Of a stretch of 64,000 bases of DNA, positions 28,665 to 38,358 are shown in pieces. The notes below the pieces were generated by a model. The model was not told where the DNA came from, did no database searches, and saw only the letters and a program-made list of their open reading frames with translations. Numbering within the stretch: the first letter of the stretch is position 1; every line of letters starts with the position of its first letter. Source of the DNA: a virus; the IMG/VR virus record IMGVR_UViG_3300009151_000034, positions 32,001 through 96,000 of that record; one strand, given 5' to 3'. Both the position numbers and the translations under genes were made by a program.

Positions 28665-29054
28665 TCATGTTTCTGGAACCTCTAAAGTTGCCTGACGCGG
28701 AATGAACGCTTGCCGAATTGTCTTAGGACCAAAATATTGTGCCACCAGATGTTCAACAACAGCAGGATTAAATGGCTTGCATGAAAATACGTCAAGATAC
28801 ATTTGATCCAATTCGTTTACGAAATGGCAGCAAATATTGCTAGTCTCGATAAGTTGAACAAGCGTATAACCTGCCTTATTACCATCACCAAAATTAACAA
28901 TCTGTGGCTCACCATACGCAACCATGTCAATGTCTTTAACTAGTTGCTTAGCAAAGTTGTAGATATTATCATAATCTGTGATTGAATTATGATTACATCC
29001 AGCACAATCCATGATGCTATGGTATCCCCAATATTCAGTTTGTTCATCATTCAT
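28665..29054 (-). CDS. speD: Pyruvoyl-dependent S-adenosylmethionine decarboxylase-like protein
   Basis: GYH..D..GYT..LIETSN..H..YLDVFSCK. Confidence 0.78.
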   Translation of the reverse strand: MNDEQTEYWGYHSIMDCAGCNHNSITDYDNIYNFAKQLVKDIDMVAYGEPQIVNFGDGNKAGYTLVQLIETSNICCHFVNELDQMYLDVFSCKPFNPAVVEHLVAQYFGPKTIRQAFIPRQATLEVPET

Positions 29055-29069
29055 ATCATATTCTCCTTT

Positions 29070-29738
29070 TTATTCTGGAATAAAAACTGTGTCAAGTCGA
29101 GTTATTTGTTTGTAACTTTTATAACCAATTGATTTCATTAGTTCTTTAACTTCTTTAACTTTTTTGTAGTCACATTCTAATATAATCATTGGCTTATGTT
29201 TTTCGATGGTTTTTACTGCTCCTTTAATTGCTTTTGGTTCATATCCCTCAAGATCAAATTGAATAAGTTTGACATTTTGGAATGAAAAACTATCCAAAGG
29301 AACAACCGGGATAGTCTGTTCAAAAACATCACCCTCAAAAATTTCAATTTGATTCATGCCACAATTTCCAGGAACTATTGCATTGATTGTTCCTATATTA
29401 TGGGTTTCTCCAAGACCACAATTAAATTTGATGATTCCTGGAATTTGACAATTATTTACCAAACAAAAAAAACTAAGAGGGTCTGGTTCAAAAGTATATA
29501 CATTTTTAAAAAAACTAGTATATAAAAGTGGATACATACCACAATTACCACCAGCCTGAATTACTACTCCATCTTTAATAGGAAATTCTTCACGTAAAAA
29601 TGGTTCGATTTGATGTAACCAATCTGAAGCAATGATACCAAATGTATCAGTATCATCCTTTGGCCACACCCAATGTGTAATATTATGAATTGGTGCATTT
29701 AATATTACACATTGATTGGATAAATTATTGATATTCAT
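29070..29738 (-). CDS. FkbM-family methyltransferase
   Basis: IQAGGNCG..FEPD..LD..DLEGYE..GA..I..KP.I.LE. Confidence 0.85.
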   Translation of the reverse strand: MNINNLSNQCVILNAPIHNITHWVWPKDDTDTFGIIASDWLHQIEPFLREEFPIKDGVVIQAGGNCGMYPLLYTSFFKNVYTFEPDPLSFFCLVNNCQIPGIIKFNCGLGETHNIGTINAIVPGNCGMNQIEIFEGDVFEQTIPVVPLDSFSFQNVKLIQFDLEGYEPKAIKGAVKTIEKHKPMIILECDYKKVKEVKELMKSIGYKSYKQITRLDTVFIPE

Positions 29739-30013
29739 CAGTATCTATCCGTCACATCTTCGCAATATTCAACTAACTTAATATCAAATGACAACCATTT
29801 GTTATTAGTGATATCCCAACAACGAACCGTGTCTGGATTTTGTTGGTGAAACGCCATTTCTCCTGCACGTTCTTCCATGTATTTTACAGGAAGAAGATTT
29901 GGTTTCATAGTTAGGCGAAATGTTTGTGGTTGATTATTATCATCTCGAAGAGTCATCGACATAACATATTTTCGCAAGTCTTCAAGAATTTGATCTCTTT
30001 TATAAAGCATCAA
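29738..30013 (-). CDS. WYL_2/DUF2693-like SH3 protein
   Basis: R.T..P..WD....W.SF. Confidence 0.55.
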   Translation of the reverse strand: MMLYKRDQILEDLRKYVMSMTLRDDNNQPQTFRLTMKPNLLPVKYMEERAGEMAFHQQNPDTVRCWDITNNKWLSFDIKLVEYCEDVTDRY

Positions 30014-30283
30014 TTAATTTCCTTCGACAAGAAGTTTTTGAGACGTTTGTAGTTGCTCATTAAGTGCAACAGCATTCGCAAATTCAGTATATCCGCCAAT
30101 CATGAATCCGTCAACTACTACTACAGGATAAGTCAAAGCAGTTGGAAATTTTTCTTTGAGACCTTCCCGAGTGAAATCCTCGTTTAAACGATTTTCGGTA
30201 TAAGAAAGTTTCTTGCGTTCTAAAAATTCTTTTAGATTCGTGCAAAAATCGCAATTGGTTTTGGTATAAATTTCGATATGCAT
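30014..30283 (-). CDS. nrdC: Glutaredoxin
   Basis: CDFC, TYP, IGGYTE. Confidence 0.9.
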   Translation of the reverse strand: MHIEIYTKTNCDFCTNLKEFLERKKLSYTENRLNEDFTREGLKEKFPTALTYPVVVVDGFMIGGYTEFANAVALNEQLQTSQKLLVEGN

Positions 30284-30900
30284 TAAACGATTGCCTCGGA
30301 AACGACCATACCAACAACTACATACATGGATTCGGCAGTATTAAGGCTCGAAAAATAACTACGATATTTATTCATCGCCTCATCAGTATTATTTGCCCAG
30401 ACAATACGAGTTTGTTGTGCAGTTACTGGTTGAATATTTGGGCGCAAAGGAACAAAATTTACTGTCCCATCAATTAGAAAAATATTTTGCTCTGGACGTT
30501 GTTGGGGTTGCTGCATATTTCCAGAAACAACTGCACCGAATCCATTTGCCTGATGTTCTGCAAGCAAACGTTGTGCTTCGGCAGCAATTTTTGCTTGAAT
30601 ATACCCAGGCTTTGGACCCTTGCGTTTAAGTTCTTGCTGTTCCTGTTGTGGTTGTTGTGGTTGGGTTGATGCACCAATATTTCTTAGGGGTGCGTTTAGT
30701 TCGTGGCGAATCAGTGCATCAGATTGTTCTGCAAGCGCAGTAAGGTCAAAGCCCTCATAAACGGGACCATTTTTTGTTTCACTCATTTTATTTCTCCATT
30801 TTGTGTATAATTTTGCAGGCTTCTTCCACCACTTTTCTGCTAATGGTGGCGGTGGAATCGGCTCTGGTTTAGGTTCGTCCGGTTGTCCTAGCCAACCCAT
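30283..30900 (-). CDS. Hypothetical Gln/Pro-rich protein (possible internal start at 30786)
   Basis: ORF with RBS at both starts. Confidence 0.55.
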   Translation of the reverse strand: MGWLGQPDEPKPEPIPPPPLAEKWWKKPAKLYTKWRNKMSETKNGPVYEGFDLTALAEQSDALIRHELNAPLRNIGASTQPQQPQQEQQELKRKGPKPGYIQAKIAAEAQRLLAEHQANGFGAVVSGNMQQPQQRPEQNIFLIDGTVNFVPLRPNIQPVTAQQTRIVWANNTDEAMNKYRSYFSSLNTAESMYVVVGMVVSEAIV

Positions 30901-30909
30901 ATGCCTCTC

Positions 30910-31293
30910 CTATTTTAAAATTTCAACTTTCAGTTTTGTTACGCCCGTAGTATACATGCCTAGACGATGAGCGCAACCCAAAGTTACATCTAATCCTCTA
31001 CCACGTATAAATGGCCCTCTATCATTGACAGTCACAATGATCGATTTTTTTGTTTCTAAATTGGTAAGACGCAGTTTAGTGCCAAAAGGAAGTGTTCTAT
31101 GGGCAACCGTTAATCCCCAAGGATTAAAACGTTCGCCATTGGCCGTTACCTTACCGTGCTTATACCATGATGCTATCGTGTTGTATGTTTTGATAACAGT
31201 GTGGTATTCGTGAACCTCCGTAGAATGAGCATTGTTAGCCATGAAAAAAATCAAAATACTCAAACTGAGAAGGGCGAATATACGCTTTCTCAA
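30910..31293 (-). CDS. RlpA-like lytic transglycosylase (double-psi beta barrel)
   Basis: Signal peptide; ASWY..TANGE..AHRTLPFGT..NDRGPF. Confidence 0.88.
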   Translation of the reverse strand: MRKRIFALLSLSILIFFMANNAHSTEVHEYHTVIKTYNTIASWYKHGKVTANGERFNPWGLTVAHRTLPFGTKLRLTNLETKKSIIVTVNDRGPFIRGRGLDVTLGCAHRLGMYTTGVTKLKVEILK

Positions 31294-31324
31294 ATTTGAT
31301 ACTCCTGTTTTGTGGATATAATTT

Positions 31325-31792
31325 TTACGCTGCCATCAATTCCTTAAGCCGATCAGCACATACTGAGGCGGCAAAAGCATAAGGTTTAACAATCGGGTCT
31401 TTATCACAAGTTCCTCTTATATATCCTATTGCTTGTTGTATGATGCAGGAAGAACCATACTTCTCTTGAGGATTAATGTCAAGATGAATTTCGCAATGCC
31501 GGTTCCCAATTATATCAGCAATTTTACTATATAGCCCTTGCGCCTTATAAACTTCATTCATAAGACGAATTGCTGGTTTTCCAACTTTTTGGTCATAATC
31601 TCTTTCTCTGGTAATTTCACCAAAGATTTTACAGCCATTGTTGCCGTTAATATGGACCACAACAACAACAGCATAATCTGCATACCAAAGACCGTTTTTC
31701 TTTAATCGTTCTGAATCTGAACCGATATAAATTTTAGAATCTTCTGATGTAGTATTTATATATGTTGTAAGATCGTTGAGGTCCATATTCAT
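31325..31792 (-). CDS. RNase H-like YkuK-family protein
   Basis: YIGSDS..RLMNE..EIHLDIN..S..KP..AAS..AD. Confidence 0.8.
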   Translation of the reverse strand: MNMDLNDLTTYINTTSEDSKIYIGSDSERLKKNGLWYADYAVVVVVHINGNNGCKIFGEITRERDYDQKVGKPAIRLMNEVYKAQGLYSKIADIIGNRHCEIHLDINPQEKYGSSCIIQQAIGYIRGTCDKDPIVKPYAFAASVCADRLKELMAA

Positions 31793-31839
31793 GTTATTTT
31801 TTCCTATTATTTTTCGCTTTGCGTTTTGCGCTACCGATC

Positions 31840-32292
31840 TTACGCCGCCCTTTTCGTGGACGATTTTTTGCTGGCCAGGGCATTAGATTTCTCCTTTATG
31901 TTGCAATGTGATCTATGGACTTTTACCATGATCCATTCATTATAAAAATCATCACGTTCTAGCACTTTTTCTGTAAATTGTAATCTAGCTTCGTGATAAT
32001 TACACAAGCCCTTCGATTTGCAAAGGACGATTATTTCTCTACGAAAATTATGTTCTCCTAAAGACAACACATCTTCGTTGAGAATTTTATTAGAACCGAA
32101 ATAAGTTTTCCAGTCCGATTCAACAAGAAATTTCTTTTTCTTGCCTTTGATTTGTTTGGTCTTTGATTTTTTGAGTAGCTTCTTACCAATGTATTTTTTA
32201 TCATTGGTTAAATTCGTTATCAAGTATACAAAGCCAATATACTCCGAAATACCATCCTCGTCAAGAGGAGTTTCATTATATAACCATGTCAT
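31840..32292 (-). CDS. GIY-YIG endonuclease
   Basis: GFVYLITN..YIGKK..DWKTYFGS..FYN. Confidence 0.85.
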   Translation of the reverse strand: MTWLYNETPLDEDGISEYIGFVYLITNLTNDKKYIGKKLLKKSKTKQIKGKKKKFLVESDWKTYFGSNKILNEDVLSLGEHNFRREIIVLCKSKGLCNYHEARLQFTEKVLERDDFYNEWIMVKVHRSHCNIKEKSNALASKKSSTKRAA

Positions 32293-32339
32293 AGTGAGGA
32301 ATCTCCTTCAATATCCTCACTACTTAGGCATCTAAAATA

Positions 32340-32606
32340 TTAATGATCCTCCCGATCACCAAAATCTAACGCATCGTCATCGTCTTCGTCTTCGTTTTCT
32401 AAGACCCAACCAGATTCCTTTAAAATTTTATCCAAAACTGGATCAATACCAAAACATTCACGATCAGGCGAATCGATATTGTATTCTTCAAAAATTTCAA
32501 TAAATTGTTCGTAAAGTCTTTCACGAACGCTATCATCTGACACAGTTTCATATACTGCATTGGCCATATCAATAAAAACTTTTAAACCAGATTTCCAGGT
32601 AGCCAT
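32340..32606 (-). CDS. Hypothetical acidic protein
   Basis: ORF with RBS. Confidence 0.65.
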   Translation of the reverse strand: MATWKSGLKVFIDMANAVYETVSDDSVRERLYEQFIEIFEEYNIDSPDRECFGIDPVLDKILKESGWVLENEDEDDDDALDFGDREDH

Positions 32607-32692
32607 ATTATGTATTCCTTTTAGAGTTGCTGATGGATATGAGCGTGCCAGATTCCGGTAGTCTTTTTATGGACTAACGGAATACATTTATT

Positions 32693-34582
32693 TTAAATTT
32701 CACATCCTCCTGCAACACATGCTAGTTCTTGTGTTCCTGTTGTCTTATCCTCATGTTCATTTACATTATACAAGTCGAAATCAACTTCTGGGAATGTCTT
32801 GATCATTTCATCATATGCTTCTTTAGTCATTGGCTGATATGGTGCTTGTTGATAAATGGTGTCGTTGTAAGGTAAGAACGAAACGCCATTGATTTGATCA
32901 AAGTGTTTATAGACCCAGGCACCAACTTCAAGCCATTCATGTTCACGCACATAGACAGTGATTGAAGGATTGTGTTCTACGTAATGCTCACCAACAATCA
33001 AGTAATGCTCTAGCTGATCGATAGCGGTCATTTCAGAAGCAATACGGCAATGTTCTGGTGACTTCATTGGGAAAGAAAATACCCAATTACTATCTTTCAT
33101 TACGTCAGTTTCATGAGGAACGCCCTGAGAAATCAAGAAATCAGATAGTGGGTCTTTCTTATCATTACGAACTGTTCTGATGTAGTATCGAGACATACGT
33201 GGATGAATACCAGATGACGAATCAACTAATTGTGAAACTGTCCCAGAGGGTTTCACGGTGGTAATTGATGCAGATGCAGGAATACCAAGTTTTTCTGCCC
33301 ATTCCTTGTTGACTTTTACGGCATGTTCACGAAGAGTAATAAACCAGTTCTTTGCTTCTTCTGTGGGATAACCAATAACAGGATGATCCATAATACCAGT
33401 TAATGAAACACCAAGTAAACGTTCTTCTTCAACATTCTTTTTCCAAACAGAACGAAGATAACGGAAGTCAGTTAGTGTGGATTGGAATGTTCCCATAATT
33501 GTTGCAAATTTAATTTTTGCAAGTAGAGTCTCTAAGGTATCTTGCTCACGGACAACAACCTCAGTCAAGTTACAAAATTCGTTTGGACGTAGAATAATTT
33601 CACCGCAAGGGTTTGTTCCGAAATCATAATTCGACTTACGGCGATCACCAAGACTCTTAACTTTCTTGATAGCAGCCACACGATTAACAATACCACGTTC
33701 ACCTGACTTAGAATCATAAAGAGATAGCCATTCTTTCATGAACGCACCAATATCAGGTTTTTCGGTATAAGCAGCAGAATTGTTAGCAAGCGCACGGTGA
33801 GCATCATCAACCCACCACTGACCATTCTTTGCACCACGCATACGATCATCAGAAAGATTTGACAATGAAATCAATGCACTACGACGAACACCACCAACTA
33901 CAACAACGTCGGCAATTTTGCACACAATATCATGGCATTCGATACTTGTTAGTTTTCTACCAGCAGCCTTACGGAAAATATTAATAGTAAATTTGAAAAG
34001 ATCATTGAGTGGAGCAGGTCCAGAAGAGCGACCACCAAATGTCTTAAGTGGAGCGCCAGCAGGACGTAGGGCAGTCAAATCCCATTGAGGCACCTGTCCA
34101 GCATAAAGAAGATTGATCAATTCACGATAAGAAGAAGCCCAGCCGATCTTTGAATCACGAACTTTAATTGTGGTTTCTGTTGGATGAAATTCTTCTGAGA
34201 CTACTGGTAGCTTGCTGACGAATTGGCGCTCAACAGAGAAGCCTAGGCCCGTGCCACACATTAAAATATACAAAGCCTCATCGAAACAACGAGGGTCATC
34301 TACGGCGATATATGAGCAATTATAACCCGCAACATTATCACGATCTAGAGCCTTACCAGCAGTCATAAGAGCACGCATGGAAGGCATAACTTCTAGGTTT
34401 ACGATAGAATTATAAATTTCATTCTTTGGAAAGGAATTGTCTCGTTCATAGAAATAATCGCAATATCTCTGAACAGTTTCTTCCCATGATTCGCGGCGAG
34501 TCTTTTCAGGAAGGAAACGGGCATATCTCGAAAGTGAAATATAGCGTTGATACGGATTAAGTCTTTGATTTTTAATACTCAT
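32693..34582 (-). CDS. nrdJ: Class II (adenosylcobalamin-dependent) ribonucleotide reductase
   Basis: YNCSY..GGVRRSA..TNPCGEI..KPSGT..C-terminal ACVAGGCE; no nrdB in window. Confidence 0.9.
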   Translation of the reverse strand: MSIKNQRLNPYQRYISLSRYARFLPEKTRRESWEETVQRYCDYFYERDNSFPKNEIYNSIVNLEVMPSMRALMTAGKALDRDNVAGYNCSYIAVDDPRCFDEALYILMCGTGLGFSVERQFVSKLPVVSEEFHPTETTIKVRDSKIGWASSYRELINLLYAGQVPQWDLTALRPAGAPLKTFGGRSSGPAPLNDLFKFTINIFRKAAGRKLTSIECHDIVCKIADVVVVGGVRRSALISLSNLSDDRMRGAKNGQWWVDDAHRALANNSAAYTEKPDIGAFMKEWLSLYDSKSGERGIVNRVAAIKKVKSLGDRRKSNYDFGTNPCGEIILRPNEFCNLTEVVVREQDTLETLLAKIKFATIMGTFQSTLTDFRYLRSVWKKNVEEERLLGVSLTGIMDHPVIGYPTEEAKNWFITLREHAVKVNKEWAEKLGIPASASITTVKPSGTVSQLVDSSSGIHPRMSRYYIRTVRNDKKDPLSDFLISQGVPHETDVMKDSNWVFSFPMKSPEHCRIASEMTAIDQLEHYLIVGEHYVEHNPSITVYVREHEWLEVGAWVYKHFDQINGVSFLPYNDTIYQQAPYQPMTKEAYDEMIKTFPEVDFDLYNVNEHEDKTTGTQELACVAGGCEI

Positions 34583-34598
34583 TTATTTCAGTTCCTGA

Positions 34599-35294
34599 TT
34601 AATTGTTAATTGAATTCCGCAAAACGGACATAAAGGGAAAATATGGTAGGAGTTCATTATAGGCGCATTCGGCAATTTCCATATGTTCTTTTTGTGTCCC
34701 ATGTTTTGTTCGGACCATTATATATGTAATCCAAGAACGCACCGATCCTGAGACATAAAGGCGTGAAAGCGTGAGACCTTCGGGTAAAATTGCTCTAGCC
34801 TGTTCTTTTGCAACACCATTTTCAATAGCCCAGCGATATGTTTCATTGGCCATTTGAATAATTGCTTGCTGACGATCTTCCCATTCTTTAATTAAATTTA
34901 CGTCATCTGTCTCAATACTATTTTGGCGGTTCTTTTTATCCTGTAGCCGAGCCTCTCTGGTAACAAACCCAAGGTCTTTTGTTGGGTCGGCATAACGCTG
35001 TGAAAATTCTTGGAAGGAATAAGAACGATGGCGAAGAAGTTGACGACCAATATCGCGTGTTGTTTCTACTGCCATTACAACATTGACTTGCTCAAACACA
35101 GACCAGTGCTGATTTTTCATGCAGTATTGTAGAAGTTTCTCGGACGTTGCATTATTCATTTGGTTCCCAGGATTTGATACCCGTGCAGTATATGCAAGAA
35201 ATTCCTGGGGTGTTAGGCGATTGTTAGTATTTGGGTCGATCACTATAGATTGTGTCATAGCGATGATTTTAGCTGTGTTTGTTTCAGTGATCAT
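34599..35294 (-). CDS. thyX: FAD-dependent thymidylate synthase
   Basis: HWSVFE..RHRSYSFQEFSQRY..EQAR..Q.EH. Confidence 0.93.
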   Translation of the reverse strand: MITETNTAKIIAMTQSIVIDPNTNNRLTPQEFLAYTARVSNPGNQMNNATSEKLLQYCMKNQHWSVFEQVNVVMAVETTRDIGRQLLRHRSYSFQEFSQRYADPTKDLGFVTREARLQDKKNRQNSIETDDVNLIKEWEDRQQAIIQMANETYRWAIENGVAKEQARAILPEGLTLSRLYVSGSVRSWITYIMVRTKHGTQKEHMEIAECAYNELLPYFPFMSVLRNSINN

Positions 35295-35314
35295 TTCATA
35301 TACTCATAACATAT

Positions 35315-35485
35315 TCAACCACAAACGGAGCATTTATAAAGTTCATCTTCCCATACCCCATTCACATTTTCGGGGGCTGGGCACTTTTTACCACCATTTT
35401 CAAAATATAAACATTCAAATGGCCTTTCTGGTTTACGGACATCGCGGACTAAAAAGTTATCTTTTTTAATAATTTTTAATTTCAT
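35315..35485 (-). CDS. Small Cys-containing protein (56 aa)
   Basis: Manual translation MKLKIIKK...CSVCG; AAGGA RBS. Confidence 0.5.
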   Translation of the reverse strand: MKLKIIKKDNFLVRDVRKPERPFECLYFENGGKKCPAPENVNGVWEDELYKCSVCG

Positions 35486-35515
35486 TTTATATTTTCCTTT
35501 TGTTTTATGCGGGTA

Positions 35516-35773
35516 TCAATTCACATTAAGCTTTGCAGGCTCAACAAAATAATAGCCCTGTTCTCTCAGATAGTCAAGTTGTTTTTCAGTTGCTTTGATG
35601 GCAGGATAAACACTGGATCGTTCATAACTAGGATTGAAAGCCCATAGTTGATATATTTCTACACCACACTTAAGAGCATGATACGTGAAATGACCTAGTG
35701 ATGCCTTTGAAAGATTTGGTATTTTTCCTTCTCTCTCAGAAATATGATATGCTTTTTTCGTATCTACCTTCAT
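35516..35773 (-). CDS. Hypothetical protein
   Basis: ORF in operon. Confidence 0.55.
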   Translation of the reverse strand: MKVDTKKAYHISEREGKIPNLSKASLGHFTYHALKCGVEIYQLWAFNPSYERSSVYPAIKATEKQLDYLREQGYYFVEPAKLNVN

Positions 35774-35966
35774 ACTCTCTTAAATTCTCATTAACTTGCC
35801 AAAATGAAAAGTGGTTAGCTTGTTCAGTTATAGAATATTCTTTATTATAAGGAATCCAAATTCGTTCCCTTATTTTTTCATTCTGTGTGTTTCTTGTCAT
35901 TTTCCATAACGTATCTTTTATATCATCATGTATTTTATATGCAAAAATACTTTTCTTACGCATCAT
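35736..35966 (-). CDS. Hypothetical protein, possibly a diverged member of the QV array
   Basis: Same overlapping junction type; QVNENLRE near the end. Confidence 0.5.
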   Translation of the reverse strand: MMRKKSIFAYKIHDDIKDTLWKMTRNTQNEKIRERIWIPYNKEYSITEQANHFSFWQVNENLREYEGRYEKSISYF

Positions 35967-36156
35967 TTAAATCTTCCCTGACTTGATCCCAGATTTGATA
36001 GCTGACTTGATCTCCGACTTGATCTCCGACTTGATCGTGGACTTGACACCTGACTTGAATACCGACTTGATAGCTGACTTGATCCTCGGCTTGTTCACAG
36101 ACTTGATACCAGACTTGCCCGCTGACTTGTTTATTAATTTGTTTTTTAACAGTCAT
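35956..36156 (-). CDS. QVxx tetrapeptide-repeat micro-protein, unit 4
   Basis: MTVKK-(QVxx)n-REDL. Confidence 0.7.
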   Translation of the reverse strand: MTVKKQINKQVSGQVWYQVCEQAEDQVSYQVGIQVRCQVHDQVGDQVGDQVSYQIWDQVREDLNDA

Positions 36157-36346
36157 CTAAATCTTCCCTGACTTGACTACTGACTTGACTCCTGACTTGA
36201 CTACTGACTTGACTCCTGACTTGAATACCAACTTGATTCCAGACTTGATCCTGGATTTGATCCCAGACTTGATAGCTGACTTGATCCCAGACTTGATCCC
36301 TGACTTGATAGCTGACTTGATCCCAGATTTGTTTTTTAACGGTCAT
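36146..36346 (-). CDS. QVxx repeat micro-protein, unit 3
   Basis: MTVKK-(QVxx)n-REDLDD. Confidence 0.7.
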   Translation of the reverse strand: MTVKKQIWDQVSYQVRDQVWDQVSYQVWDQIQDQVWNQVGIQVRSQVSSQVRSQVSSQVREDLDDC

Positions 36347-36512
36347 CTAAATCTTCCCTGACTTGACTATTGACTTGATCCCCGGCTTGATCCCCGACAT
36401 GATCCCAGACTTGTTCACAGACTTGATACCAGACTTGATGCAAGACTTGATGCAAGACTTGATCCCCGGCTTGTTCACAGACTTGTTTACTAATTTGTTT
36501 TTTAACGGTCAT
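36336..36512 (-). CDS. QVxx repeat micro-protein, unit 2 (58 aa, not in ORF track)
   Basis: MTVKKQISKQVCEQAGDQVLHQVLHQVWYQVCEQVWDHVGDQAGDQVNSQVREDLDDR. Confidence 0.7.
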   Translation of the reverse strand: MTVKKQISKQVCEQAGDQVLHQVLHQVWYQVCEQVWDHVGDQAGDQVNSQVREDLDDR

Positions 36513-36702
36513 CTAAATCTTCCCTGACTTGATCCCAGACTTGATCCCAGACTTGATTTGTGATTTGAACCCTGACTTGATCCCCGACTTGATCCCTGAC
36601 TTGACCACAGACTTGATGCCTGACTTGATTACCGACTTGATACCTGACTTGTTCCCAGGCTTGATCCCAGATTTGATACCTGACTTGTTTTTTAACGGTC
36701 AT
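36502..36702 (-). CDS. QVxx repeat micro-protein, unit 1
   Basis: MTVKK-(QVxx)n-REDLDDR. Confidence 0.7.
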   Translation of the reverse strand: MTVKKQVRYQIWDQAWEQVRYQVGNQVRHQVCGQVRDQVGDQVRVQITNQVWDQVWDQVREDLDDR

Positions 36703-36886
36703 CTAAATCTTCCAAATTTTCCAATAATTGATTTTTAGCATATATTTTATTAATAACTACCATCGAAGAAAGAACCATATGCCTAGTATAAACAATAGTC
36801 TGTATTTGTCGATTTACACATATTGGTTCTTGCATATGCTTAAGAACATCATTATAAATTATTTTTTTGATTTTAGATAATACCAT
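36692..36886 (-). CDS. Hypothetical protein ending EDLDDR (head of the array)
   Basis: Shares its C-terminal junction with the repeat units. Confidence 0.5.
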   Translation of the reverse strand: MVLSKIKKIIYNDVLKHMQEPICVNRQIQTIVYTRHMVLSSMVVINKIYAKNQLLENLEDLDDR

Positions 36887-36968
36887 GATATATGAAAGAC
36901 CTTTATACGACAGGAATAAAAATGGGGAGCAGTTTATTTTTTGCTCCCCATTGATACAACCAGTTATT

Positions 36969-37850
36969 TTAGGTTCGGAACTCCAAATCCCGTAGTTCGT
37001 TTTCCTCAAACCCATATGTCCATGCGTTGGCTTGCAGGGCAGTTTTCATTTCAGGTGGCACAGGAATTGCGAATGACCTTCCAGTCCCACAAAGAACTTG
37101 CAAGAACTTTTCGGTGCCAATGTCGGGGATATCAACCTCTAGAAGTGTTCCGATCATTGGGTCTTCGTCAACATCGATAACCTTAGAATTCAATTCCTTA
37201 AGAATATGAACCCAACCAAGAATTTCACAAGCAACGCGGCGAAGTTCTAGATTATCTTGCTTCAATGCCTCTTTAGCTGTTAGAGACTTCTTATCAGCAA
37301 TCCAGTGCCAACGCTTACGATCAAGACGAACACCATGCCAAGCATATACTTTAGTGTCATCCATATATTCGATAGCAGGTCCATCTTCGCAATGTAGACG
37401 ATTCTGATCATCGAACTTGATAAGCATTGGGCGTTCCTGAATAATAGCCTCATCCTCATCAACCCAGGCCCAACCACCTTCCTTGGCATATTCAACTAGA
37501 CCGTTAATGATGCTGAGATCGATACCACAAACATCATTAAAATAAGAATAAAAGCTAATCCAAGAACTGTCCTGAGAACCGAAAATGTTTCCATTCATAA
37601 AGGAATTTACATCACCTTCGGGACGAATTGACTTGTAAATCTTATAGGCATCGTGTGGACCCTTAGCGTAATACATTTTGCTAGGTGCCTTAAGATTTTG
37701 CGTAGTATAACAAAGTGCAAGGGCCTTCTTAGCCTTAGCAAAATCAATAACATCGGTATTAAGACCAATCTTCAACCACTTGGCAAGATGCATAGGAATC
37801 ATTGCTTCTTGTTCTGGGGTTAGCTTATCGATCTTATTTGTAGCGGCCAT
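36969..37850 (-). CDS. DUF6745-like protein
   Basis: KLTPEQEA..GSQDSSW..RLHCEDGPAI..YAWHGV..N.E.RRV..VPP. Confidence 0.78.
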   Translation of the reverse strand: MAATNKIDKLTPEQEAMIPMHLAKWLKIGLNTDVIDFAKAKKALALCYTTQNLKAPSKMYYAKGPHDAYKIYKSIRPEGDVNSFMNGNIFGSQDSSWISFYSYFNDVCGIDLSIINGLVEYAKEGGWAWVDEDEAIIQERPMLIKFDDQNRLHCEDGPAIEYMDDTKVYAWHGVRLDRKRWHWIADKKSLTAKEALKQDNLELRRVACEILGWVHILKELNSKVIDVDEDPMIGTLLEVDIPDIGTEKFLQVLCGTGRSFAIPVPPEMKTALQANAWTYGFEENELRDLEFRT

Positions 37851-37877
37851 AATATAATTTCCTTTATGTTTCAGATA

Positions 37878-38240
37878 TTAGTCAGCAGCCTTACGAAAAC
37901 CTTCTGGTGTATACTCTCGCTGGCGACGAATCATATACTTTCCAGGAGGAACTAGAATGCTTTCGTGTGTATCATGTGATCGTAGATGATCGATTTTAGT
38001 ATCTTCTTTTACTAGAAGAAACATTTTATACAAATCAATGTTCTGTGTATTGCTTTTGTTAGTCACAGGTTCGAAAGCCTCAACATATTCAGCTTCCATT
38101 ACGTGATTATGCATAGTTTCAGAATGAGCAACCACGATATGACCATTCTCTGCATTTACAGGAACGATATTTTCTGGGAACTCGTTGATACGCACAATGA
38201 TAAAATCACCTTGCGCTGCCATATTTTTAAGAATCTTCAT
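37878..38240 (-). CDS. Conserved His-rich partner protein (QGD...RQREY)
   Basis: QGD..HSETMHNH..H..H..PPGKY..RRQREY..AD. Confidence 0.75.
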   Translation of the reverse strand: MKILKNMAAQGDFIIVRINEFPENIVPVNAENGHIVVAHSETMHNHVMEAEYVEAFEPVTNKSNTQNIDLYKMFLLVKEDTKIDHLRSHDTHESILVPPGKYMIRRQREYTPEGFRKAAD

Positions 38241-38358
38241 TTCAATCTCCTTTTGTTGTTCCTCATTTATACATCACAGTGAGGTGGCTGTCAATAAGTT
38301 TTTTCAAATATTTAGAAAGTTTTTGGCCTGATATTACTTATCCCACTTTAAAATTTCT

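Larger units (their letters stand above)
35960..36715. repeat. Nested tandem repeat: 12-bp CAAGTC-N6 units inside ~166-190-bp gene-length units
   Basis: Junction GGAAGATTTAGATGAC(C/T)GTTAAAAAAC occurs four times (minus strand). Confidence 0.92.

Noticed and set aside
32650-32685. Cobalamin riboswitch near nrdJ
   Set aside because: Only a simple hairpin downstream of nrdJ, with no B12-box motifs.
35960-36715. CRISPR array or DGR target
   Set aside because: The spacers are themselves 12-bp repeats in open frames with RBS and start. No cas, reverse transcriptase or template repeat is in the window.
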